From assembly GCF_963921235.1 (NCBI RefSeq), contig NC_086097.1:122700001-122764000 (forward strand): 64,000 nucleotides of DNA, given 5' to 3'. Made by a program: the position numbers and the translations under genes. The notes below the pieces were generated by a model, which worked only from the letters and a program-made list of their open reading frames with translations, was not told where the DNA came from and searched no databases. This document shows positions 1 to 12,500 of the stretch, piece by piece. The stretch comes from Mobula hypostoma (lineage: Eukaryota). Each line of letters starts with the position of its first letter. Within the stretch, counting starts at the first letter, position 1.

Positions 1-736
1 TTAAAGATGAGTCCTGGCTTTTCGAAGGATAAGTCCTGGCTGTCTGTTGATGTACAGTTCCCAGTCTGTCTCCGAGCTCCAGCCTCCGAGTTATCAGCCT
101 CCGCATTCCAAGATCCCAGCTCCCAGCCTGTCTCCAAGTTCAAGAGCCAAGACCCCAGCCTGTCTCCAAGTTCAAGAGCCAAGACCCCAGCCTGTCTCCA
201 AGTTCAAGAGCCAAGACCCCAGCCTGTCTCCAGGTTCAAGAGCCAAGACCCCAGCCTGTCTTCAGGTTCAAGAGCCAAGACCCCAGCCTGTCTCCAGGTT
301 CAAGAGCCAAGACCCCAGCCTGTCTCCAGGTTCAAGAGCCAAGACCCCAGCCTGTCTCGAAGTTCAAGAGCCAAGGTCCCAGCCTGTCTCCAAGTTCAAG
401 CCTCTAGACCCCAGCCACGTCCTATCCTTGCCTGATTCTAGGGTCCAAGCCCGAGGTAAGACTCAGGTTCTAGGTCCTTGTCCAGTCTCTGGCTCGGAGT
501 CCAAGCCTTGTCTCCTAGTCCATGGTTTCTAGTCCTGGTCCCACTCTCCCTTGCCCAGGCTCCTAGTTCTTAGTTCCTTGTCCAAGTTCCCTGTCTTGTT
601 CCTGTCCTAGCCCTAGTGTGCGTTCTTGTCCCTGCTCCTTGTCTGTATCCTGTCACGTCCCTACTCTAGTCAAGTCCTGTTCCTTGTACTTCAGTGTCTG
701 TGTCTTGCATTTGGGTCCATTCCCAACATTGTGACA
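1..736 (+). mobile_element. 3' part of a probable LTR (Gypsy-like) containing a minisatellite; left end outside the window
   Basis: Ends ...tcttgcatttgggtcc...cattgtgaca (736), an LTR-like CA terminus. The Penelope-derived repeat resumes immediately after it (tttctctaacttctg, as in the reverse complement of 38550-38580). Confidence 0.4.
122..409. repeat. 32-bp minisatellite, ~9 copies (CCCAGCCTGTCTCCARGTTCAAGAGCCAAGAC)
   Basis: Unit starts at 122, 154, 186, 218, 250, 282, 314, 346, 378. It explains the repetitive ORFs 7..435 and 47..532. Confidence 0.95.
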
Positions 737-1645
737 TTTCTCTAACTTCTGATAATTTCTTCCCATCCAGTTCCACTTCTCTCACCTTCCTTTCCCCATT
801 CTGGCTCCCGTTTCACCTCCTCCCTTCTCCTTACCAGCCTATCACTTCCATCTGGTGCCCCTACTCTTTCCCTTTCTCCCACAGCCCATTCTCGTCCCCT
901 ATCAGATTCCATTTTCAGCCCTTTACCTTTTTCACCCATCACCTCCCAGCTTTGTATTTCTTCCCCGTTCTCCACCCAACCACCTTCCCCCTTGTTCGGC
1001 TTCACCTTCTAGCTCATACTCCTGCTCTTCTTCCCATCTTCTTATTCTGGCTTCCTCCCCTTTTCTTTCTAGTCCTGATGAAGGGTCTCAGCCTGAAATG
1101 TTGACACTTCATTCCTCTTCAGAGATGCTGCCTGACTTCATAATAATAATAATAAGTACTTTATTGATCTCAAATAGGAAATTATTTTGTTACAGCAGCA
1201 ACATTTAAAATAATAATAATAAATTCAAAAATCAGTAAATAATAAAGAATAGTAATAATTACAATATTAGCTAACAAAGTACAGCATAATAATATATGCA
1301 ATAATAATTTACCAATGTGCAATAATGTACCATAATAATGTATGAAATAATAAAACAGAGATGATTGTACCATGCTATGTGTTCTCTTGTCGCACAGTGA
1401 TGAACTGTTGTATATGCTTATTGCATTTGGTAGGAAAGATGTTCTGTAATGATCCTTGTGTTAGCAGAGCTGTATGATACTTTTCTAAAAGGTGCTCCGC
1501 TACTTATTCAGTTTGTCATGGAGAGGATGTGCTTGATGGTCCATAATGGATAATAGTTTGTTTAGTGACCTCCTCTCCACCAGTAACTCAAAAGAGTCTG
1601 GGTTGTAGCCAATGATGGATTTGCTGAGTTCCTCCAGCATTTTAT
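737..1645 (+). mobile_element. Penelope-derived repeat with degenerate hammerhead motif (1071-1105), split by a Rex/Babar insertion
   Basis: Pyrimidine-rich tract, then AGTCCTGATGAAGGGTCTCAGCCTGAAATGTTGAC and gatgctgcctgac, with ttgctgagttcctccagc resuming at 1621. Same layout as the GIY-YIG-bearing copy at 25851-26628. Confidence 0.75.
1139..1620 (-). mobile_element. Rex1/Babar LINE 3' fragment
   Basis: Minus strand reads SIIGYNPDSFELLVERRSLNKLLSIMDHQAHPLHD...HYRTSFLPNAISIYN with stops, and has a (TTA)n tail. Confidence 0.7.
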
Positions 1646-1788
1646 TTATATAAGTTTATATACCCTTGTTATGAACCCTACAATTACACTCCCAAAGCAG
1701 CCTGAATGAGCTGGGATAGACCTAATTTCATTTGAGGATGTGTAACATTGAATCAGGTTTGCAAGTCTGGCAAATGATGATCCAACCG

Positions 1789-2280
1789 TCACACCAGTTT
1801 GACTCTCGTGAATTCCCTGTTACGTATAAAACATAGAAGTACCATACCCAGTACTGTAAACCTGAATAGACACCTCCCAGTGTACCACAGTAATCCACCA
1901 GCCCCACCCTGGAGTGTAATAGCTAAAGAGCTGGTCCCGCTCTTTACTTCATACACTGTGTCTTGGGTATGAAGAACCAGGTGAGTGATGTTCTCCAACC
2001 AGTCAGGAATGTAGGTGCAGCATTCTTGTGCAATAACAGTACAAGTGCCACTTTCCTTTGTGAGCAGGTATTCTAAAGTAATCAAAATCAGTTCCTGGAA
2101 CACTCTGGCTGTCCTAAGCTAAGAAAGGCTATTATTCAAAACCTTCCTTCCTTTGTAATAGCCCTCTTATCAACCAGCATGGGCAAGGTGCTCATCCTGG
2201 CCACCAGGGTGGCATACATATAGCACCACATATTAACCCGCACCACCCTGTGGGAACCATGGGTAGGCCTAGGTAAGTAC
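1789..2280 (-). pseudogene. env: Retroviral env remnant (end of SU plus TM subunit, gamma-type)
   Basis: LEYLLTKESGTCTVIAQECCTYIPD is an immunosuppressive-domain-like segment plus CX6CC (2017-2043). Hydrophobic anchor CLFRFTVLGMVLLCFI. Upstream DKR/AIT furin-like site (2160-2171) in another frame. Stops and frameshifts present. Confidence 0.85.
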
Positions 2281-2342
2281 CATTCAGCATCCAGCAAGTG
2301 CCCACCTTCAAATAGACAAACTGGATACTGTTCCTATTCACA

Positions 2343-2537
2343 AAGCAGTGGAGTAAATATATTTAAGACAAGGTTGGATAGAATTTTGCATAGTAGGGGA
2401 ATTAAGGGTTATGGGGAAAAGGCAGGTAGGTGGAGATGAGACCATGGCCAGAGCAGCCATGATCTTATTCAATGGCGGAGCAGGCTCCACGGGCCAGATG
2501 ACCAACTCCTGCTCCTATTTCTTATGTTCTTATGTTC
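2343..2537 (+). mobile_element. CR1 LINE 3' fragment inserted in the ERV env
   Basis: atatttaagacaaggttggatag...ggttatggggaaaaggcagg, ending in a (CTTATGTT)n tail. Confidence 0.85.
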
Positions 2538-3991
2538 ACACTTGCCACACACCTTGCACCTTGTACCTGTACTCAACATGCCACCTACACCAACACTCTG
2601 TGAGGATGGGAAATCACTTTTAAGAGTCAGGACCTTCCAATTAAACAACTGGTACACAGGGAAATAGCAGCCCTAAAAGCACTTACTCCACCAGGTCTAT
2701 TAAGTCCCTGGTTAACTATTAAGTCCCTATTAACTCCACCAAGTCCCTTGTTACCATACTCTGGGTTGAGGTTGGTTGGAATAGACTATCCCCTCCTAGA
2801 TCCCCCAAACCAGAATGCCAAAGCCCGGGCAGCCAGGTAATTTCCCCAACAGTCTTTTTTCTTGTCAAAGAGATCAATATCAGTGGCATTTCTTCCGCGA
2901 TGTAGTAAGGCATTCTTATACAAATTCATCAACCTGAACCATTGGTCCAATATGTAAATTCAAACACCATTCCCAGGAATGTATCACAGGATCTCCCACC
3001 ACTTTGCCATTCTGGAATGCAGCGAGATACAAATGCACTCACTCCTGATTAGTCACTGGATACGTAGAAAGTACAAAAACAACAGAACTACTAGAATTGC
3101 TCCCCAAATGCCCAATTCCCTCGGAAATATGGGCATCTCATATCCAGAATAAAGTTGCCCAAATTTCTACCCCATCAACTGAAATTTCATGTGGCCAATA
3201 TGAAATGAGTCATCCCTACAAGCAATTGCATGGGGAAGAAACAAAGTAACAGATAAGGACACAATGAACGTGTAACAGACTTAAAAAAAAACAAGAAATG
3301 AAGTAACAGACTATAAAAAAAGAAACAAAGTAACAGATTACAGCACAAAACACAAAGCCAAAGCTATACTCCTCTTCTTCAAAGCCTGGTATGGAACTGC
3401 AAAACCTCAAAACAGACAGTTAATTTCTCAGAGAGAAATGGCACACTTATCAGAGAACAACTGCAAAGGAAAAAGGAACTGGGCAGAGCCCAACATATTC
3501 ACATCATCTCTTAAAAAGAAAGCCCACAAAGTCCACACACACATACAGAGTGTCAAAGTGCTGTAGCTTCATTAGTTGACAAGATATCTCCATATTCTTA
3601 TCCTCCAACTTTGTAGCCCCACTCCGAGCCATCAGTAGTGATTCTCTCAGAATAAAAGTGTACTGAGATTTTCCAATTCATTCTTAAGACCTGTTATTGT
3701 TTTATACTGATGTTTTACAATCACTGAAAACAGCCAGAAAGATTCCCACCAGCCATCCTTTCTCCTGGGAAAACCAAATGATTAATTATGGAAACAGTGT
3801 CCTATTTCAACACTAGTAAAATATAACTGGTCTGACCAACCTACTGACATTCCAGAACCCATCAGTAGATTAGTGAGACTTCCAAAGCCCTCACTATTGT
3901 CTGTCCAACCTGGGGCTCTGTATCTCTCATACAGAGGGTCCATTCTTTTAAATAATCTTTTAAAGAAATGCATTTCTGCTCAAAATGCCCT

Positions 3992-4009
3992 GTCCTGCTC
4001 GCAATGCCA
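3992..4009 (-). promoter_or_regulatory. Primer-binding site, tRNA-Ser-like
   Basis: TGGCATTGCGAGCAGGAC, 3 nt after the LTR-terminal CA. It resembles the complement of vertebrate tRNA-Ser 3' ends (TGGCGCWGYGAGCAGG). Confidence 0.65.
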
Positions 4010-4214
4010 AAATGTAATGTTGAATCAGGATCGTGAGGCTGGCAAGTGAGGCAGAAAACACTGACGGCAAATAAGTATATTAATCATTTATTTGCAAGCA
4101 GTAAAATTTGACCAAACATTCATGTTTCCTAAGTTATAGAAACCTTGAAGCTGAATATTCAACGAACATACTTAGCTAAAAGCACACACTGAGCATACCT
4201 TCCCAATGGTTAGC

Positions 4215-4628
4215 ACTTTGCTGGCTCTGAGCCTGAACACACTGGAGTTGAGAAGAATGAGGAGGGGGAAACTCATTGAAAATTATTGAATATTGAATGC
4301 CTAGAACAAGTACATGGAGAGGATGGTTCCTATACTGGAGGAATCTAGGACCAGAATAGAACAACCTCCCTTTAGAACCGAGATGAGGAGGAATTTCTTC
4401 AGCCAGAGGGTGAAGAATCTGTGGAATTCATTTCCACAGATAACTGTGCAGGGCAAGTCTTTGTGTATATTTAAAATGAAGGTTGATAGGTTCTTAACTA
4501 GTAAGGGTGTAAAAGGTTTAGAGGAGAAGGCAGGAGAACAGAGTTGAGAGGGAAAATAAGATAGCCATGATGGAATGGCAGAGCAGAGTCAATGGGCCAA
4601 ATGATCGAATTCTGCTCCATTGTCTTAT
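4215..4628 (+). mobile_element. CR1 LINE 3' fragment
   Basis: FRTEMRRNFFSQRVKNLWNSFP, the CR1 ORF2 C-terminus. Confidence 0.85.
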
Positions 4629-4759
4629 ATATAAGGATTTAGAACAACACTTAAATAGGTATATGCACACCAAAGCTATGTTTGAAATAATTTTCTACTA
4701 TTTTTATTAACCTCAGTTAATGAACAGCATTGCTGACTTTAATCTTCCACCACCTAATG

Positions 4760-6290
4760 TTTTGAAAATGATGGAATACTTTTTTTGCCAATACAGTTTA
4801 AGGCCCTTTTGTGGGTGTCCTGGAAATGGAGAGGCTACTGCCCATGATGGAGCTGGCAAAACTTATAATTTCTTGCTTTTTCTAATCCTGTGTAGTAGTC
4901 TCTCCGTACCAGATGGCAATGGATCCAGTTAGAATGTTCTCCATGGTACATACCAATTTTCCTCAAACTCCCAATGGAATATAGCTACTGTCATGCCTTC
5001 TTTGTAATTGCATCAATATGTTGGGCCCAGAATAGACCCTCAGAGAGGTTGACACCCAGGAACTTGAAAGTGCTCACCCTTTCCTCTTCTGATACCTTGA
5101 TGAGGACTGGTATGTGTTCCCTTGGCTTCCCCCTCCTAAAGTCCATAATCAATTCCTTGGTCTTACTGACATTGAATACAAGGTTGTTGCTGTGATACCC
5201 CTCAACCATCTGATTAATCTCCTCCTGTATGCCTCCTCGACACTATCTGAGATTCTAGCAACAATAGTTATGTTGTCAGCAGATTTATAGATGATGATTA
5301 AAGTGTGCTTAGCCACATAATCACAGGTGTAGAGAGAGCAGATTAGTGGACTGAATATGCATCCTTGTGGTGCAACAGTGCTGATTGCGAGCAAGATGTT
5401 ATTTCCAGTTGCAGAGAAAGGAACAGAGGCCCAGATTTTGGAGCTTTTTGGTTAGAACTAGGTACAATTGTGATGAATGCTGAACTGTAGTCAATAAACA
5501 GCCACCTGATGTACACACTACGGTTGTCCAGGTGATCCAAGGCCGCTTGGAGAGCCAGTGAGATTGCATCTGCTGTAGACCTATTGTAGCAATAGGCGAA
5601 CTGCAGTGGGTCCGTGTCCTTGCTTAGGCAAGAGTTGATTCTAGACATGACCAGCCTCTCAAAGTACTTCATCATCATTAGTGTGAGAGCCACTGGATGA
5701 TGTTCTTTGAGGCAGCTCAATCTGCTCTTCTTAGACATTGGTATGATTGTCACCTTGTTGAACCAGGTGCAAACGTCTGACTGTAACAGTGAGGTATTCA
5801 ACATGTCCTTGAACACTCAGCCAGTTGGTTGGCACAGGTTTTCAGAGCCCTACCAGGTATACCGTCAAGGCCTTATGCACCTGCAAGGTTTCACCCTCTT
5901 GAAAGATGTACTGATGTTTACCTCCAAGACAGAGATCACAGGATCACCAGATGATGGAAGGATTTGCATGGGTGTAGCTTTATTCTCCCTTTCAAAGTGC
6001 GGATAAAAGCCATTGAGATCATCTGGGAGTGAAGCATCACTGCTATTCATGATGTTAGATTTTGCTTTATAGGAAGCAATGGCCTGCAAAGCCTGCCAAA
6101 GCTGCAGTGCATCCAATTCCATCTCTAACCTCAATTGGAATTGTTTTTTTTCACTCTTAAGGTCCATAGATCAAACTTCGACTTTTGTTCAGCTCTGGGT
6201 CACTGGTCTTAAAGCCACAGACCTAGCCTTCAGCAGACTATAAATCTCCTGGTTCATACACGGCATTTGATTTGGGTATGTCCAGTATGA
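4760..6290 (-). mobile_element. Degenerate Rex/Babar LINE (RT region)
   Basis: PVALTLMMMKYFERLV, DPLQFAY..NRSTADAI, LFIDYSSAF, APQGCIFSPL, FNVSKTKELIMDFR, FKFLG across frameshifted ORFs. Confidence 0.85.
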
Positions 6291-7956
6291 ATAAAGGAAA
6301 CATTGCAGACTCCCTTTTAAATCAGAGCTTGTTTTGTTTTTCAGTATAACACCACTAATGGATGTGAGCAAAGTGGGCTGAAGGCCCTGCCTCTGTGTTC
6401 TATGACAATGATTCTGTGACTTTGCTGGACTATCTACTGGTTCGGGGAAATGTTGTTCAGGCAGATCCTTGAGCTCCCACACACCATTGAACAAATTGCT
6501 TTGGAACACTTAATTTCTTTCTTTTTTCATGTTCTGGCTATAATCTTAACCAGATAAAGATTCACTCAAAATTAGTTTACATATCTTGATTTTAACCCTG
6601 CATTTTCTAATCTCTTCAGTTTTATAGAAAAACACTTTATTGATTTGATAAAGAATACATTTGTGAAAACCATACATCAGTTTGAGTGCAATGATGATAA
6701 TTATTGATGGATGTCATCATTGAGACTGCATAAAATATATCACAATTCAGTAAGAATTGATTATGGGGATAATAACTCATTAAGAAGGATTGCTTTGTAT
6801 TGAACTAATGCAGCAAATTGCAAAGTGGTTTGATCGATGTGGTTAAACATGAAGACTTGTAACATCCTTCAAACATATTCAATGATTTTGTTTTATGGAC
6901 TGCACACATGGAATTGTGGCTTTGTCTTACTTTCATCTGGCTGAATGATGCCAACTACTTCAAAATCACAATCAATTTTAATGATCAGAACTAATATGCC
7001 ATTGTGTCACATTGGTTTAATTCCAGAAGTTCTTTTTTGGTTTTGCCAGCATTTATTGTATCCCCATGACAGACTCTAAACCAAGGAAGCAATTAAGACT
7101 TAACTTCATTTGTGATTCTGGAGATGGACAGGCACAGATGGCAGATTTCTTTCCCTAAAGGACATTAATGAACCAGTAGGGTTTTCATAACAACCTAGCC
7201 GCTGTTAATAAGATTAGCATTCAAAAGTAAAACTGCAGACTTGCTCAGTTATTGGAATTTAAATTCTACAGCTACCAGGCACAATTAGGGAGCTTCAGGA
7301 TCATTAATTGAGAAATATGACCACAAATTCAGAACTTCAGCCATTGTATTATCTGACCTCACACTGAGTTCCCAAATCCTATATTGCTTGCACAGATCAA
7401 CTTCCATAGCAGGTAGGTATCTTGCACTTGATAACTAATGAGGGTTAGTAAATTTGCAGATGTCATGAAGAACGTTGGAGTTCTGGATAGTGTTCCATCA
7501 CAAACAGGAGAAAGCCTGCAGATGCTGGAAATCCAAGCAATACACGCAAAATGCTAGAGGAACTCAGCAGGCCAGGCAGCATCTACGGAAAGGAGTATTG
7601 TCAACTATTCGGGCTGAAACCCTTGTGGATGATGTAAAGGGTTGTTGTAGATGTGGCGTTGACAGAGGGCAGAGCTGGGCAGAGAAATGGCAGATGGAGT
7701 TTAATCCGGAAAACAGTGAAGTGATTCCTTTTGGAAGGTTGAATTTGAAGCCAGCATACAGGGTCAATGGCTGGATTCTTGGCAGTGTGAAGGAACAGAG
7801 GGATTTTGATATCTACAACCTTAGATCCCTCAAAATTGCCACGTAAGTTGATAGGGTGGTTAAGAAGGTATATGGTGTGTCGACCTTAATTAGTCAGAAA
7901 TTCAAAAGCCACAAGATAATGTTGCATCTCTATAAAATCCTGGTTAGACCACACTT

Positions 7957-8785
7957 AGGAGGATGATGGTGCCTAACAGCGACTCCTTCGCTGGCATCTT
8001 CGGAAACAGCTCTATTTCTATCTTTGATATCTCTTTTTTTCCTTTTCAGGATTCTTTTGAAGACTCTGAGCTGGAGTTACACATTGACTTCGGTCCTTTG
8101 CAGTTCTTTCGGGACCCGCTGTCAGGGTCTCACGACCGTCCGCTTATTAATATGCTAAGAATGGGCCTGAAAGACTAGCATACCTTCAGGATGCTGCATT
8201 TCATGGCTCTGGAGGCAGGCGGATTCAAGGCCGGTGCCAGTGCCATCGCCGCCTGATGCGTCGTGGAAAATGGAAGATCATAAACAGCAAGCTGGCTGCT
8301 GGCTGTATGCTCAGAGACCCAAATTCTTTGGCCACAGAGCCCAGAAGAAGTGAAGCAACAGATTTTTAACAGCATAAATCAGTAAGTTGCTATGTTATGT
8401 CTCCTCTCTCGCTGTGAAACAGGGGCACCTCTTTTTCCCTTATTAGGGAGAGAGAGACCCTGTGCTAAATCGAATTACTGGGTGAATGAGTAGTCTTTGG
8501 GGTACTACAAGTCTGTGTCTTTATTGATGCTTTGCTGCATGCCTGAATGCTCGGGGGGGGGGGTGCAGATGCTTTTTTGCTGGTGGGGGAGGGGGGTCAT
8601 TGATTTGCTGATGCTTGTGCATGGGAGGGGGAGTTGGGGGGAGCTTTGGGGTTCTAACATTTAACTGTCATTCATTCTTTGGGGCACTCCACTGTTTGTG
8701 TGGATGTTTGCAAAGAAGAAGAATTTTAAGATGTATATTGTATACATTTCTCTGACACCGAATGTACCTATTGAAACCTATTGAA
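7957..8785 (+). mobile_element. Non-autonomous non-LTR (SINE-like) element with (ACCTATTGAA)2 tail
   Basis: It cleanly interrupts the CR1 frame, with a short ACTT duplication at the flanks, a tandem 3' tail and no coding capacity. Confidence 0.55.
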
Positions 8786-8798
8786 ACTTGGAATATTG

Positions 8799-9350
8799 AA
8801 CATAGAACATAGAACATGGAATAGTACAGCACAGTACAGGCCCTTCGGCCCATATTGTTGTGCTGACCCTCAAACCCTGCCTCCCATATAACACCCCACC
8901 TTAAATTCCTCCATATACCTGTCTAGTAGTCTCTTAAATTTCACAAGTGTATCTGTCTCCACCACTGACTCAGGCAGTGTATTCCATGCACCAACCACTC
9001 TCTGAGTAAAAAACCTTCCTTTAATATCCCCCTTGATCTTCCCACCCCTTACCTTAAAGCCATGTCCGCTTGTATTGAGCAGTGGTGCCTTGGGGAAGAG
9101 GCACTGGCTATCCACTCTATCTATTCCTCTTAATATCTTGTATACCTCTATCATGTCTCCTCTCATCCTCCTTCTCTCCAAAGAGTAAAGCCCTAGCTCC
9201 CTTAATCTCTGATCATAATCCATACTCTCTAAACCAGGCAGCATCATGGTAAATCTCCTCTGTACCCTTTCCAATGCTTCCACATCCTTCCTATAGTGAG
9301 GCAACCAGAACTGGACACAGTACTCCAAGAATGGCCTAACCAGAGTTTTC
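8799..9350 (-). mobile_element. 5'-truncated CR1 LINE
   Basis: ORF 8870..9328 LEYCVQFWLPHYRKDVEALERVQRRFT...; (TTCTATG)n tail at ~8799-8817. Confidence 0.92.
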
Positions 9351-9594
9351 TGTCAGAGTTTTCAGAGTTTTTTGTTCAGTTCTGGTCACCTTACTATAGG
9401 AAGGATGTTGATGCATTAGTGAGAGGGCACAGAGGAGCTTTACCAGGATGCTGTCTGGACGAGAGGACGTGTCTTATGAAAATAAGTGAGGTTGACTGAG
9501 CTAGGGATATTCTCTTCGAAGCGAAGGAGGATGAGAGGTGACTTGATAGAGTTGTACAAAGTGATAAAAGAAGCATAAATCGAGTGGATAGCCA

Positions 9595-12500
9595 GGACCA
9601 CTATCCTTGCAGGCAGATTTGCTAGAACTCTTGTGGAAGGTCTAAACTGCTTTGGCAGAGGGATGGAAAACTAAGTGATGGAGCTGAGAATGGGGCAGTT
9701 GGTATACAAACAAATGTAGTGCATAGTGAGACTGTTAGGAAGGACAGGCAGATGATAGGGCAATTTGCATTCAGTGCGATGAGTTGCAGGGTACAGGGAT
9801 AAAATCAAAAAGGGTGACAAATATAGTACTGAGGTGTTATATTGAAATGCATGCAGTATACGGAAATAAGGTAGATGATTTTGTAATGGAGTTAGAGATA
9901 GCAGGTATGACATCGTGGGCATCACTGAGTTGTGGCCGAAAGAAGATTATGTTTGGGAGCTTAACATCCAAGGATACACATTGTATCTGTTACGTACCCC
10001 GTAACTGGGTTGCCAAACCAGCAAAAATGGACCACGCAGTTGGAGTCTGGATTACTAGAACTAAGACAGTTTTATTACAGAAACAAGCAACACAGTACTC
10101 TAATAGTAAAGATACAAATGCAACAGGTTAGCAATGAATAAACACACATGTACACAGATCTAGGATAAACTGGTCAATCAAGCTCTATAGTCGTCTAGGG
10201 GTAAATGACCAGTTTTTAAAGTGACGCAAAGTTCAGTTCAATTTAGTTCAGTTCAGCTCACGGTAATTCCTGCCGTGGGAGAGGGAGAGAGAGAGAGTGC
10301 GAAATGAATATTCAAAACTCGGATTCCCAAACAGACCTTCGATATCGCTCACAAGCAGCTTTCGGGCGAGCCCTTTGTAGTGTCTTCTGAGGTCACTGAC
10401 TGTGACCCCTCCTTCAGATGCGGTCGATCCTCTGCAGTGAACCCGGCACCCAGGCAAGGGCGGACACATACCAGGTTCCCACTGATCATACCTTTCCACC
10501 CTGTGCGTCTAAGGCTTGATCCCGCGATCAGCCGTCCAAAAAGCTTCCCACCGACTTGTGAGAGGCGCACCGCTTCCAGGGTCTCGTTACCTCGGGTGTC
10601 GTGTGTGTCCTGCCTTAGCGAACCTGTCCCTTTTTATCCCCTTGCTGGGGTATCGCCTGTCCATCACACTTCAAACAGTTCAGGGTTCAAAGGGGGAGCC
10701 GATCTTGACAATACCCAGACTGATGGCTCCTTCATTAACATCTCCAAATGCTGCTTCATTGTGTTCCTTATCTCTCCCTCCCCTGAGGACAGATGGCAGA
10801 CTAACTGCTGATGCGACTGGTGCTAGCCCAGGCCAGCAAACATCTTAATTTATGTGTATTCTCGTCACATATCAAAAGGACAGAAAGGTAGGCAGAGGGG
10901 GTGGCATTGCTCTTATGGTAAAAACTGAAATCAAATCCTTAGAAGGAGGTAACATAGGGCCAGAAAATGTAGAATCGTTTGGGTAAAGTTATGGAACTGT
11001 AAGACTGAAAAGACCCTGATGGGAGTTATATACAGGTCTCCGAACCGTAGCCAGAATGTGGGCTTAAAATTTATAACTGGAGATAGAAAATGCATGTCAA
11101 AGGACGATGTTGCAATTGCAAAGGGAGATTTCAATATGCAGGTAGATTGTGAAAATCAGGTTGTTGCTGATTTTGATCCCAAGAGAGAGAATTTGAAGAT
11201 TGCCTACAAGATAGCTCTTTCGAGCAGCTTGTGGTTTAGCCCAATAGGGAATCAGCTATTCTGGATTGAGGGTTCTGTAATGAACCGGATTTGATTAGGG
11301 AGCTTAAGATAAAGGAATCCTTAGGGGGCAGTGATCATAATATGATAGAACTCACCCTGCAATTTGAGAGGGAGAAAGTCAAATGTATCAGTACTACAGT
11401 AAAGGGAATTACAGAAGCATGAGAAAGGAGTTGGACAAAATTGATTGGAAGGGGACACTAGCTGGAACGGTGGCAGAGCAGAAATGGCTGGAGTTTCTGG
11501 GAGTAATTCGGAAAGTGCAGGAAAGATACATGCCAATGAAGAAGTAGTATTCCGAAGACAGGATGACATAACAGTGGGTGACAAGGGAAGTCAAAGGCAA
11601 CATAAAAGTAAAATAGAGGGCATATAATAGAGGAAATATTAGTGGGAAGTTACAGGATTGGGAAGCTTATAAAATCCAGAAGAAGGCAAATAAAAAAATA
11701 CCATAAGGAGGAGAAGGATGAAATATGAAGGTAAGTCAACCAATAATATCAAAGGAGATATGAAAAGTTTTTTCAGACATATACAGAGTAAAAGCGAAGC
11801 AGGAATAGATATTGGACCTCTGGAAAATTACACTGAAGAGATAGTAATGGGGGGCACAGAAACGGCGAATGAACTGAACAAGCATTTTGTATCAGGCTTC
11901 ACCGTGGAAGATACTAGCAGTACACTAGAAGTTTGAGAGTGTCAGGGGGCAGAATTGAGTGTAGTTGCTATTACTAGGGAGATGGCGCTTAGAAACTGAA
12001 AGATCTTGAAGGTAGATAAATCACCGAGACTTGATGGACTACACTCCAGGATTCTTAAAGAGGTGGCTGAAGACATAGTGAAGGTATTAGTAATGATTTT
12101 TCAAGAATCGATAGATTCTGGCATGGTTCCAGAGGACTGGAAAATTTCAAATGTCACTCCATTCTTCAAGAAGTGAGGGAGGCAGATGAAAGGAAATAAT
12201 AGGCCAGTTAGTCTGTACTCTGAGGCTGGGAAGATGTTGGAGTTGATTGTTAAGGATGTGGTTTTGGGGTACTTGGAGGCACATGACAAAATAGGCCAAG
12301 GTCAGCATGGTTTCTTTAAGGAAAAATCTTGCCTAACAAATCTGTTGGAATCCTTTGAAGAGATAACAAGCAGGGTAGTTGTGCACAAGCAGTGAATTTT
12401 GTGTACTTGGATTCTCAGAAGGCCCTTGACAAAGTGCTGTACATGAGGCTGCTAAACAAGATAAGAGCCCAGGGTATTGCAGGAAAGATATTAGCATAGA

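Larger units (their letters stand above)
1741..4180 (-). mobile_element. Internally deleted endogenous retrovirus remnant (LTR end, PBS, leader, env, LTR end)
   Basis: Matching LTR 3' termini at 4013-4049 and 1741-1777 (29/37 identical, ending ...TTACA on minus). AATAAA on minus at 4087-4092. PBS next to the LTR end. Env TM motif at 1789-2171. The far end of the 5' LTR is not defined. Confidence 0.7.
7441..9600 (+). mobile_element. Old CR1 RT fragment hosting three nested insertions (Penelope-derived 7500-7625, SINE-like 7957-8785, CR1 8799-9350)
   Basis: WAEKWQMEFNPE, then gttagaccacactt|ggaatattg|tgttcagttctggtcacc joins up across the insertions (RPHLEYCVQFWSP). Confidence 0.75.

Noticed and set aside
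122..409. CRISPR-like array
   Set aside because: Units are head-to-tail with no unique spacers, the context is eukaryotic, and there are no cas genes.
7..532. 142-aa and 161-aa ORFs
   Set aside because: They are translations of the 32-bp minisatellite, with no domain evidence.
694..1208. Pro/Phe/Ser-rich or Glu/Gly/Arg-rich ORFs (also at 13796, 19319, 26195, 38211, 50327)
   Set aside because: They are low-complexity purine/pyrimidine tracts of the Penelope-derived repeat.
3782..3973. 63-aa ORF after the ERV PBS as possible gag start
   Set aside because: No Gag motif (myristoylation Gly, MHR, CCHC) is recognisable.
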